A DNA stretch of 31,053 nucleotides, from positions 1 to 31,053 of the IMG/VR virus record IMGVR_UViG_3300042507_002293. One strand, given 5' to 3'. The stretch comes from a virus (taxonomy: Duplodnaviria > Caudoviricetes). The stretch's first letter is position 1; every line of letters begins with the position of its first letter. The notes under the pieces were generated by a model. That model searched no databases. It had not been told where the DNA came from and saw nothing but the letters and a program-made list of their open reading frames with translations. This document shows, in pieces, positions 9,515-16,870 of the stretch. The position numbers and the translations under genes were made by a program.

Positions 9515-11017
9515 TTAGTTCAGCGTCTTTTGGCTGAGGTCGATGACGATGAACTCTGCTGGGTATTGAAGAGCCACACCAACTTGGATGTGAACCTCTC
9601 CGTTTGCAATTTGAGCGGCTGTGTTGTTTTCAGCATCGCACTTTACAAAGAATGCAACTGCGTCTGTTCCACCACGAAGACCGCCCTGATTTCTATATTC
9701 ACCGAGGAATACAGAGATAGTTGTGCGAATACGTGACCAAAGGTTCTCATCATTGTTTTCAAAGATGGCAAACTCTGTACGATTCTTCAGTTCTTTACGG
9801 ATGTAGATAAGAGAACGGCGCATATTTACATACTTATTTGCTGTTCCATCTTGCTTCAGTGTGCGTGCTCCCATGACAACAAGTCCTGCACCAGGAATGT
9901 TGCGAATTGGGTTTACTGGAGAAGTACTTGCGTTCATTGAATCTAATTCAGATGAAGTGAATGCTTTTTCCATAGCAACGGCACCGAGAAGAGAGGCTGT
10001 GATGCCTGCAGGAGCCTTAAAGACTCCACGAGTTGCATCTGTTGTTAGATATAGGCCTGTTACAGCACCTGCTGGACCAATCTTACGAAGCGCACCAGCG
10101 CCACGTCCCAGTGGGTCAGCAATAAAATAGTGTGGGTAATACACAGCAGCATGGCTGGTATCTGCAAGTGCACCAGCAGCACTGATTGCGTTTGCAACTG
10201 TCAAATCAGGGTCAGTATCGATAACAACGAATCCGTTATTGTCTTCTGCCCAAGATGTTGCAGCATCAAAAACTCCAGTAACACCTGAAGCAAGTGCGTT
10301 TACATTTGGAAGGAACATAACAAATGGGCGTTCAAAAGAAGAGAAGTCTTCAAATACTGAAGAACCACTAGCCTTGTAGTTGGTGTAATCAGTAGATGCT
10401 ACTGCACTTCCATTGCTTCCACCTGTTAGTGGGTATGTGTTGAGCACTGGAACTCCAGAGCCATCGACAGCAGCAACTTGAATGTTTGCAGATACTAGGT
10501 TAATTACTGTGTCTGCAAAATCAGATGAGTCTTCATCGTTAAATACGATGTTCTCGTATCGTTCAAGAAGAATGTCGTCAGAAATACCCGCAACACCAGC
10601 CTCTTTGTATACAGTCAGTGTGTAAGTGCTTGACACAGAACCAGCGGTTACAGTAACACGAAGGTTATTTCCGTCTGTTCCTGCGTTTTTTGCAGTAACT
10701 TCACAGACCACGTCTGATGCACTGGTCATAATGTTTACATCTGCAGCGGCTGCATTTGCTGCAAGAATACGCTTTACAAATAGTTCACGTCCACCATTTT
10801 GGAAGAATGCTGCTACTTGGAATGTTGCTGGATAGGTTGCGTTGTATCCACCAAACGACTTGGTGAACTCGTACCACGAAATAACGCGAGTTACTGCTTC
10901 TGGTCCTTGTGCAAAGGCTGCAACAACGGCTCCAGCAGCATCAGCGTTAACACCAGCAGGAATTGTTGCTGGTAGAAGGCGTTCACTAATGTAAACACCT
11001 GGGCGGCTATATGCCAT
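9515..11017 (-). CDS. Tail sheath protein
   Basis: RPGVYISE N-terminus; RGVFKAPAG, VNPIR, VVMGARTL, YVNMRR, FENND, FFVKCD, YPAEFIVI. Confidence 0.97.
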   Translation of the reverse strand: MAYSRPGVYISERLLPATIPAGVNADAAGAVVAAFAQGPEAVTRVISWYEFTKSFGGYNATYPATFQVAAFFQNGGRELFVKRILAANAAAADVNIMTSASDVVCEVTAKNAGTDGNNLRVTVTAGSVSSTYTLTVYKEAGVAGISDDILLERYENIVFNDEDSSDFADTVINLVSANIQVAAVDGSGVPVLNTYPLTGGSNGSAVASTDYTNYKASGSSVFEDFSSFERPFVMFLPNVNALASGVTGVFDAATSWAEDNNGFVVIDTDPDLTVANAISAAGALADTSHAAVYYPHYFIADPLGRGAGALRKIGPAGAVTGLYLTTDATRGVFKAPAGITASLLGAVAMEKAFTSSELDSMNASTSPVNPIRNIPGAGLVVMGARTLKQDGTANKYVNMRRSLIYIRKELKNRTEFAIFENNDENLWSRIRTTISVFLGEYRNQGGLRGGTDAVAFFVKCDAENNTAAQIANGEVHIQVGVALQYPAEFIVIDLSQKTLN

Positions 11018-11048
11018 GATTTCTCCTAACTAGTTGGGTAAGGGTTCC

Positions 11049-11750
11049 TTATGATTGCGTTATGATAATCGGGTCTATTGCAGTGAACTGCCCACGACCC
11101 AAAATAGGGTTGTCGGTTGTTCCTGTGATGTCGAGTTGGAGCACCTTGTAGAGTTTGTTGAATGTAGATGGTGCAATTTCACTTGAAATACGCACCGTTA
11201 TGGCGTTTACGAATAAACGTTTTCCATTTTCTGAAACATCGCGTTTTGCAATATCCAGAACATCCAAACGACGGACCGTGTTATCAGTAGGTTGAAGAAC
11301 AGCGAACCGCATTGGAATCTTTGTGTATAGCAATTGCGCCAAGATTTGACGGTCATGACGTGGTTGACGAGAATACGTTGTAATTTGATAATCAATGTTT
11401 ACTGGAATTGGAAAATCCATATCCCAAGCATGTAAGTCGTCATCAAAGTTAACCCCTTGAACTGCTTGAACACCTTGGGTTCCCTGTACGCCTTGAACCA
11501 TACTTGTTGGGTCAGAATAATAGGTAGGCCTTACCTTGCCACGCATTGCACGTGAAAAGTCTTCAGCAACATCTACCATATCGATAGTGATGTAAGGGTA
11601 TTTCTGGTCACGAAGTTCTTGGTCAGGTTGACCAAACCAAACTTCAACAGTTCTTGTAGAACCTTCTTCAGTGACTGACTTTTGGTCTGTAACGGTCATC
11701 CCTTTTAACAAATTTCTCAGGGCTTCATCTTCAGCAAGTAGGAAACTCAT
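11049..11750 (-). CDS. Tail terminator / sheath stabiliser
   Basis: YPYITID...PIPVNIDYQITTYSR pattern; directly upstream of sheath. Confidence 0.7.
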   Translation of the reverse strand: MSFLLAEDEALRNLLKGMTVTDQKSVTEEGSTRTVEVWFGQPDQELRDQKYPYITIDMVDVAEDFSRAMRGKVRPTYYSDPTSMVQGVQGTQGVQAVQGVNFDDDLHAWDMDFPIPVNIDYQITTYSRQPRHDRQILAQLLYTKIPMRFAVLQPTDNTVRRLDVLDIAKRDVSENGKRLFVNAITVRISSEIAPSTFNKLYKVLQLDITGTTDNPILGRGQFTAIDPIIITQS

Positions 11751-12061
11751 AGGTCACCGAAGTGTTTCTCTAAGCGTCCAACAAAAAAGTGTTCTGCTTC
11801 ATCTTGTCGGTTTTTAAAACGACGAACAGCAGCGGTAGGTTGAGTGTTTGGAGTGCCATACTCAAGGTCCATGGCACTTTGGTAATGCTTCTTAGACACG
11901 TGGGCTTCAAAGCCATTCTTTCCGTGTGACACACGAAGGGTACGCGATACATCTGATGGCCAACCGCTTGCCTGCGCTTCGGAACGAAGACGTGCAGACA
12001 TAAGCCTCGTAGTCTCATGACTAGCGGCTTTCATTGCGTTATTAAACTTAGATAAAGTCAC
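11747..12061 (-). CDS. Neck / tail completion protein (HK97 gp10-like)
   Basis: LEYGT...P motif; synteny; overlapping start/stop with both neighbours. Confidence 0.6.
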   Translation of the reverse strand: MTLSKFNNAMKAASHETTRLMSARLRSEAQASGWPSDVSRTLRVSHGKNGFEAHVSKKHYQSAMDLEYGTPNTQPTAAVRRFKNRQDEAEHFFVGRLEKHFGDL

Positions 12062-12243
12062 TTCTTCTTGGCTCTTTTCACAGAGGCTGCGGCAACTTTT
12101 CCACCAACATACCCTGCGACAAGGCCAGCGATTATCGGTTCACGGTGTTTAGGACGATACCCAAAAATTCCACGCATGAACTCTTCGACTTCTTCTTTAC
12201 CGTGCATATCGACTGCACGCTCATACCAAGGCTTCCAAGCCAT
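12058..12243 (-). CDS. Hypothetical 61-aa protein with Gly-rich hydrophobic helix
   Basis: AAAGGGG SD-like sequence upstream; IIAGLVAGYVGGKVAAA followed by a basic tail. Confidence 0.6.
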   Translation of the reverse strand: MAWKPWYERAVDMHGKEEVEEFMRGIFGYRPKHREPIIAGLVAGYVGGKVAAASVKRAKKK

Positions 12244-12313
12244 TTATAATCCCCTTTGTCGCAAGTAGTGGGCACTACACGGAGTCCGCACGGAGTTCCG
12301 ATGAGACAAGGAT

Positions 12314-12340
12314 AGAAGAAAGGCCCCGATTAAGGGGCCT
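12314..12340 (-). terminator. Intrinsic terminator closing the micropeptide operon
   Basis: Minus strand AGGCCCC-TTAATC-GGGGCCT-TTCTTCT just after the stop at 12346. Confidence 0.8.
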
Positions 12341-12345
12341 AACTC

Positions 12346-12630
12346 TTACTTCTTTTCTTTCTTCTCCCGCTTTTCTTCGGCTTTTTCGCCTTTCTTGCCT
12401 TCCTTCTTTTCGTGGGCTTTTTCTTTCTTCTTTATGCCCTTGATAATTTTCTTATCAACTTTAACGTCTTCTTCAAGAGTTTTGGGCTTCTTCTTTTTGC
12501 CGTGAGCCTTGTCTTTCTTTTCAAACTCTTCTTTCTCTTCTTTGTCAAGACCAGCCTTCTTGGTTAGATAGGAGTCCATCTTTTCATCAGAAGACTTGGT
12601 GTACTTGCCCTTCATAGGTGGCTTTTTCAT
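12346..12630 (-). CDS. Lys/Glu-rich small protein (94 aa)
   Basis: GGAG SD; strongly K/E-biased sequence; ends at the terminator. Confidence 0.8.
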   Translation of the reverse strand: MKKPPMKGKYTKSSDEKMDSYLTKKAGLDKEEKEEFEKKDKAHGKKKKPKTLEEDVKVDKKIIKGIKKKEKAHEKKEGKKGEKAEEKREKKEKK

Positions 12631-12645
12631 GGTTTTGGTCCACTC

Positions 12646-12855
12646 CTAACGGTTTACAGAAGGAGTGTCTTCGTATAGACGAGAACACTCCTTACAACTA
12701 TTGCCCTTTTTTGGGTGAACATCACGGAGAACTGTATTTGCAGCCTTCTTGTTTCCTGCCCCTAATAGGGCAGTAATGACGTTGTTGTGGCTATCGCAAG
12801 TCCACACACGACCTTTGTAATTAAGACTTGGTGGTTGTTTCTTTTGTGCTGGCAT
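12646..12855 (-). CDS. Small protein, possible Zn binder (CxxH...CxxC)
   Basis: TAATG-coupled; WTCDSH...SCKEC. Confidence 0.65.
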   Translation of the reverse strand: MPAQKKQPPSLNYKGRVWTCDSHNNVITALLGAGNKKAANTVLRDVHPKKGNSCKECSRLYEDTPSVNR

Positions 12856-12992
12856 TACATCCCACGCTTTCTAGGCATAGCCTGTTTTTTGCCCTTAGAG
12901 GCACGAAGCATCTTCAAATCTGGTGCATCAATCTTGCTTTTGTTTCCAGCAAGAGCAGCCATCTTCTTCTGCTTAGGACTGAGTTTTTTCAT
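12855..12992 (-). CDS. Basic micropeptide (45 aa)
   Basis: MKKLSPKQKKMAALAGNKSKIDAPDLKMLRASKGKKQAMPRKRGM; AAGGAG SD before ATG 12992 (shorter than the track ORF). Confidence 0.75.
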   Translation of the reverse strand: MKKLSPKQKKMAALAGNKSKIDAPDLKMLRASKGKKQAMPRKRGM

Positions 12993-13065
12993 TATTCTCT
13001 CCTTTATTCTTGCATGAACAAGTGTCGCAATTCCCACACTTACGTGCAGTAGTTACAGTAGTCAT
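12973..13065 (-). CDS. Cys-rich micropeptide (30 aa)
   Basis: Hand-translated MTTVTTARKCGNCDTCSCKNKGENNEKTQS; TAATG-coupled. Confidence 0.6.
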   Translation of the reverse strand: MTTVTTARKCGNCDTCSCKNKGENNEKTQS

Positions 13066-13130
13066 TAGTTCCCCTTCTTGCATATGCTGCATGTGCATTT
13101 GCAACCTCTTGTTTTACAGGAGAGAGCCAT
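13065..13130 (-). CDS. Cys-rich micropeptide (21 aa)
   Basis: Hand-translated MALSCKTRGCKCTCSICKKGN; TAATG overlap at both ends; GGAG upstream. Confidence 0.6.
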   Translation of the reverse strand: MALSCKTRGCKCTCSICKKGN

Positions 13131-13246
13131 TACTTCTTCTCCTTCTTCTTGTCGTCCTTCTTCTTGGCATACTTCTTGTTAGCAGCGGCTAAAGTTTTTT
13201 CGCCATGCTTGTCTTTTGGCTTCATACATCCACAAGTACTGCACAT
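13130..13246 (-). CDS. Cys/Lys-rich micropeptide (38 aa)
   Basis: Hand-translated MCSTCGCMKPKDKHGEKTLAAANKKYAKKKDDKKKEKK; TAATG at both ends. Confidence 0.7.
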   Translation of the reverse strand: MCSTCGCMKPKDKHGEKTLAAANKKYAKKKDDKKKEKK

Positions 13247-13386
13247 TATTTTTTACCTGCTTTCTTTTTTGGTTTTGATTTTGAAACACCTTTTGCAGGT
13301 ACGCAGTTAGGAACTTTCTTTCCGTTCTTCATCTTCATACCGACTTGTGTGTAGCCATCCCAACATGGGTCTGTTTTTTTAGCCAT
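13246..13386 (-). CDS. Basic micropeptide with PCWxGY...VPNCV motif (46 aa)
   Basis: Hand-translated MAKKTDPCWDGYTQVGMKMKNGKKVPNCVPAKGVSKSKPKKKAGKK; TAATG at both ends. Confidence 0.75.
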   Translation of the reverse strand: MAKKTDPCWDGYTQVGMKMKNGKKVPNCVPAKGVSKSKPKKKAGKK

Positions 13387-13595
13387 TACTTCACCTTCTT
13401 ATGAGGGTTCTTTTTATGCCAATCTTTAACAGCCTTGACACCTTGCTCAATAGTCTTAGAGCCACCCTTTTTTGTCAGGTTAATCTTGTCCCATTTACCA
13501 GCCTTAGCCTTAGCCTCATGGTCAACTACAACGTCGCCTTTGCTGTTCTTTTTTACAGTGTGCTTTACGCCACCAACTTTGAGTGTCTTTGCCAT
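13386..13595 (-). CDS. Basic small protein (69 aa)
   Basis: Lys-rich; TAATG-coupled. Confidence 0.75.
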   Translation of the reverse strand: MAKTLKVGGVKHTVKKNSKGDVVVDHEAKAKAGKWDKINLTKKGGSKTIEQGVKAVKDWHKKNPHKKVK

Positions 13596-13777
13596 TAGTC
13601 GAACTTAACCGCTTTCCTCTTGTAACGGATAGGAGGTTTTGGCTTACGAACGTAGCCACCCTTCTTTTTACGCAATTTTGCTCCACCTGATTCGTACTTA
13701 TCTTCAGTTACTGCAGTATTAACCGCTTTCTGTGGAGATTTACCTACGTGAGCACCAGGAGTCTTTTTACGAGGCAT
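13595..13777 (-). CDS. Basic small protein (60 aa)
   Basis: K/R-rich; TAATG-coupled. Confidence 0.75.
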   Translation of the reverse strand: MPRKKTPGAHVGKSPQKAVNTAVTEDKYESGGAKLRKKKGGYVRKPKPPIRYKRKAVKFD

Positions 13778-13971
13778 TATTTCACCTTCTTTTTAGGTGA
13801 ATTAACACTAGAGTGTTTTTCTTGCAATTTTGCTAACTCTACTTCGTGCTTCTTTTTTAGAGCCTCGATTTCTAATTTTTGAGACTTTGGTGCTTGTCGA
13901 CTAGTCATTGCCTTTATTCCTCCACCGTTTGGATACTTGAGTGGGGCTGGCTCAAGTTTTGTTAATATCAT
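13777..13971 (-). CDS. Basic small protein (64 aa)
   Basis: ATGA and TAATG overlaps; short coiled-coil-like segment. Confidence 0.65.
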   Translation of the reverse strand: MILTKLEPAPLKYPNGGGIKAMTSRQAPKSQKLEIEALKKKHEVELAKLQEKHSSVNSPKKKVK

Positions 13972-14135
13972 TTTTTCTTCTTCTTTGAAAGCCCTGCTTG
14001 ATTAAGTCCAATTGCTACGGCTTGTTTCTTAGACTTAACTTTCTTATCAGATTTACCAATGTTAAGTTCGCCCTTTTTATACTCCCGTATTACCTTTTCA
14101 ACTTTTCCCTTTTGTTTTGCAGTTGCTTTAGGCAT
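13968..14135 (-). CDS. Basic micropeptide, DUF6496-like (55 aa)
   Basis: Hand-translated MPKATAKQKGKVEKVIREYKKGELNIGKSDKKVKSKKQAVAIGLNQAGLSKKKKK; the KV..V..E.K.G.L...KV.S.KQA.AI pattern is recalled from DUF6496. Confidence 0.75.
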   Translation of the reverse strand: MPKATAKQKGKVEKVIREYKKGELNIGKSDKKVKSKKQAVAIGLNQAGLSKKKKK

Positions 14136-14272
14136 TACTTATCCCCTTCTTCTTGGTCTTCTTCGTCCCAAGCATGGTCATCGTAGTCTTCTGCTAACTC
14201 AAATTCTTTATCAATTTCATCCATTAACTTTTCATCAAAAAGGTCTGGGTCCAACTCTGGTTCAAAGTCCAC
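14135..14272 (-). CDS. Highly acidic micropeptide (45 aa)
   Basis: AGGAGG SD then GTG; MDFEPELDPDLFDEKLMDEIDKEFELAEDYDDHAWDEEDQEEGDK; TAATG into the next gene. Confidence 0.75.
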   Translation of the reverse strand: MDFEPELDPDLFDEKLMDEIDKEFELAEDYDDHAWDEEDQEEGDK

Positions 14273-14282
14273 GCGTAACCTC

Positions 14283-14816
14283 CTAGTTTGCGTACTGTTG
14301 GAACTGTGGGTCGTTCACAAGTTCCTCTGCGTTTACTTGGTTACAGTCTATCGTCACTACAGAGTAGCGGTCTTTATATCTTCCACGAGGGTTCACGCGT
14401 GTGGGCGTGAAAACTAGGTTTTGAAACACCACCCTGTCCTTGATGTGAGAGGTAGGCTCAGAGACAATTACTGGAAGAAGTCTATTGACGTCATCTACGG
14501 CAATTACAAGGCGCAGGGTATCTACTGTATAAAAGCCTCGTTCGTTCATGACGTTATTGCCGCGAATTTGTTGCGCCAAAATAACTGGCATATCAAAAGG
14601 CTCGTCCCAACGACGACCTAAACCACTAGTTTGGTTAGAAGTGTCATAGATAGGGTCTACGTAATCTTCGTAGTTATCTGCAAACTCTGTAGGGTTCCAA
14701 AGCCACCAATCTACAGCGGTGCCTACAGGTAACCGTAACTCATCTACCATGCCCTCATCCATAGATGAGGTTTCATAGTCAATCTTAAAACGACCCTCAA
14801 CCCGATTACCACGCAT
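14283..14816 (-). CDS. Head closure / neck protein (putative)
   Basis: 177 aa; DPIYD, GFYTVDTL, KDRVVF pattern; synteny between adaptor and tail genes. Confidence 0.6.
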   Translation of the reverse strand: MRGNRVEGRFKIDYETSSMDEGMVDELRLPVGTAVDWWLWNPTEFADNYEDYVDPIYDTSNQTSGLGRRWDEPFDMPVILAQQIRGNNVMNERGFYTVDTLRLVIAVDDVNRLLPVIVSEPTSHIKDRVVFQNLVFTPTRVNPRGRYKDRYSVVTIDCNQVNAEELVNDPQFQQYAN

Positions 14817-14850
14817 GTAGTAATTCTCTCTTATTGAGAAGGAATAAGAG
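14817..14850 (-). promoter_or_regulatory. Hairpin plus putative leaderless promoter
   Basis: CTCTTATT-N7-AATAAGAG inverted repeat overlapping GAGAAT, 6 nt before the ATG; no SD. Confidence 0.4.
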
Positions 14851-14866
14851 GGTTAAAGTTTATCGA

Positions 14867-15121
14867 CTAGTCTTGACCGTTATTTGGGTCTGCCTGTAGT
14901 GGAGCGTCACCAGTGAAGTTCTTAGTTTCTGGGTCATACTGCCATCCAATAAAGACTGACTGTTCACCATCTTCACCAGTGACATCTACAACTGTAGGAG
15001 CACTTAAAAATATAGAAGCAAGACGAGAGTCTGTGTGAAGGACGTCAACTACTTCATTATCTATGATAAATGCCAGTTTTACTGGAGGTAGCGGTGCGTT
15101 ACTTACTGTGTCTTCTGACAT
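14867..15121 (-). CDS. Small fibre-associated / fibre chaperone-like protein
   Basis: LAFIIDNEVVDV...IGWQYDPETKNF pattern, recalled from small genes that follow fibre genes. Confidence 0.6.
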   Translation of the reverse strand: MSEDTVSNAPLPPVKLAFIIDNEVVDVLHTDSRLASIFLSAPTVVDVTGEDGEQSVFIGWQYDPETKNFTGDAPLQADPNNGQD

Positions 15122-15123
15122 GG

Positions 15124-15369
15124 TTACTCTTTCTCTTTAAGAGGAACAACTTCTTGTCCCCATTTTTTAAGTGGGCATTCAGCGTTTGGTAATTTTGTTT
15201 TAAAATTCATAAAACACTTACATACCTTACACTGCATTGTAAAAGATATGAACTCAGGACATTCTTTACAAATGGATATCCTTTTATCCATAATCTCTTC
15301 ACTGACACGTCCTAAGTTTTTGTTATACAAATCCCAAGGACGAGCCTCCCGTTCATAGGGTGACGTCAT
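15124..15369 (-). CDS. Cys-rich small protein, DUF6171-like
   Basis: R..ICKECP...QCKVCKCFM..KTKL..AECPLKKW; GGAG SD. Confidence 0.75.
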   Translation of the reverse strand: MTSPYEREARPWDLYNKNLGRVSEEIMDKRISICKECPEFISFTMQCKVCKCFMNFKTKLPNAECPLKKWGQEVVPLKEKE

Positions 15370-15408
15370 TTTGTTCTCCGTATTAGTGGTAGATAAACTA
15401 TACCAGGA

Positions 15409-16869
15409 TTAAGCCCTTTGTACGAGTATGTTATCTACTACAGAGCCTTGGCTTTGCTCACTTGGTCCCTTAAATACTCCAAAACCAGTTCCTTTTACAG
15501 GAGATGACGGAGTGAAATTAGTGTTTAATAGAGTGCTTCCACCGCCTCCTGTGGAAGAATAAGCGCGATAAGTAACAACATCACCTGACGTTGATACGAA
15601 CACAGAGCCAGCCGTTGAATAACTACTTGTGTTTGTATTGTATTCGGTGTCTCTTTGAACTCCAGCCTGGTTAGCGACTCGTACACGTGAAGAGTAGTTT
15701 GTCACAGTTGAGTTTGATGGACAAATATAGTAACTTTGACATCCACCATATGTGCCACCACCACCACATATAGCATCCAAAAAGGACTGTGATAAAGAGC
15801 AGTTGTTGGAAAAGTATTCTCCAGCGTAACCCCAAGGGCAGTAGGCTTCGACTGAGTATCCTGAAGTAACGCTACCACAACAGTTTGGAGGAGGATTTGA
15901 AAAACTTCCTGAGTTAGAGTTACATGCAGTGCTTGTTGTTTGTGCATAGAACGGATACGCTGCCCACCAGTTAGAGGAACTTTGTACCCAGAATGCGACT
16001 CCTACGCCACCTGCTGGAGTATCTACTCTAGCGGTAGTTGTGTTTGTTCCTGCCAAATTAACAATGGCAATGCTGTTGTTGCTTGCAGCATCTGAGTTAG
16101 ATGCTTGTGACCCGTTTACAGACCAAGTACCACGAACGTTTGACCACACATTTACGCCATCACTGGCTGTTGAGCCTCCCAAGTTTCCACTTCGATTGAA
16201 GTTGTCTGTAAGAGAAGTTGGGTAGTTAGGTGTGACGGAGTTTGAAGCAGAAGAATACGCACTATTTCCATTCCCATTTACAGCCCGTACTTGGAATGTA
16301 TAAGCAGTACCCAAACTTAATCCACTTACTGTTATAGGGCTTGTATTACCTGTTCCTGTTAAACTTCCTGGAGAACTAAGCGCTTCGTATGAAGTGATGG
16401 TTTTACCACCGTTGTTTGACGATGCTGTGAAGGGAACACTAACACTAGTAGAACCTGCAGAAGGTGATGACACAGTTCCAATAGTTGGCGCACTAGCGAC
16501 TGTAGTTGCTGTAATTGAATTGCTTGTACCAGTGTAGGTAGTTGTTCCTGCAGTAGTAGTTGCTGAAACTGTAAATGTGTAAGCAGTTCCAGAAGACAAT
16601 CCAGTTACTGTGACGGGAAGAGTGTTGCCTGTTCCTGTTAAACTTCCTGGATTAGAAGTAGCAGTGTAAGATGCGGGTACTCCACCAGTTGAAGGGACAG
16701 TTGCTGCGACTGTTGCAGCGCCATTATTAATGGCTCTAGAAGTGCCTACGTCAGTAGCAGTTCCTATAGTTCCTGCATCTGGTACGTCTGTTATTTTTGA
16801 CGCACCAGCAGAAGCATCATTGTACTTTTTTCCTGCAATGTTAGAATCGCTTGCCTTCCTTACTGCCAT
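15409..16869 (-). CDS. FN3-repeat fibre / adhesin with lectin-like C-terminus and Cys-rich insert
   Basis: Two FN3 units (VTGLSSGTAYTFTVSA; VSGLSLGTAYTFQVRAVN), then a DNFNR...GTWSV beta-sandwich. Confidence 0.8.
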   Translation of the reverse strand: MAVRKASDSNIAGKKYNDASAGASKITDVPDAGTIGTATDVGTSRAINNGAATVAATVPSTGGVPASYTATSNPGSLTGTGNTLPVTVTGLSSGTAYTFTVSATTTAGTTTYTGTSNSITATTVASAPTIGTVSSPSAGSTSVSVPFTASSNNGGKTITSYEALSSPGSLTGTGNTSPITVSGLSLGTAYTFQVRAVNGNGNSAYSSASNSVTPNYPTSLTDNFNRSGNLGGSTASDGVNVWSNVRGTWSVNGSQASNSDAASNNSIAIVNLAGTNTTTARVDTPAGGVGVAFWVQSSSNWWAAYPFYAQTTSTACNSNSGSFSNPPPNCCGSVTSGYSVEAYCPWGYAGEYFSNNCSLSQSFLDAICGGGGTYGGCQSYYICPSNSTVTNYSSRVRVANQAGVQRDTEYNTNTSSYSTAGSVFVSTSGDVVTYRAYSSTGGGGSTLLNTNFTPSSPVKGTGFGVFKGPSEQSQGSVVDNILVQRA

Positions 16870-16870
16870 A

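Noticed and set aside
505-11750. Stand-alone eCIS / tailocin locus
   Set aside because: Linked terminase, portal, scaffold and capsid genes show a complete phage morphogenesis module
12280-12320. Hammerhead ribozyme (CCGATGAG...GAAG on the plus strand)
   Set aside because: Core deviates from CUGAUGA...GAAA and the three required stems could not be built
12346-14272. Micro-ORF array as one fragmented pseudogene or a product of stop-codon reassignment
   Set aside because: Junctions change frame through precise TAATG/ATGA overlaps rather than in-frame stops, and all large genes read intact in the standard code
1335-14621. Short plus-strand ORFs opposite the structural genes
   Set aside because: Antisense shadows of well-supported minus-strand genes, without recognisable motifs or SDs
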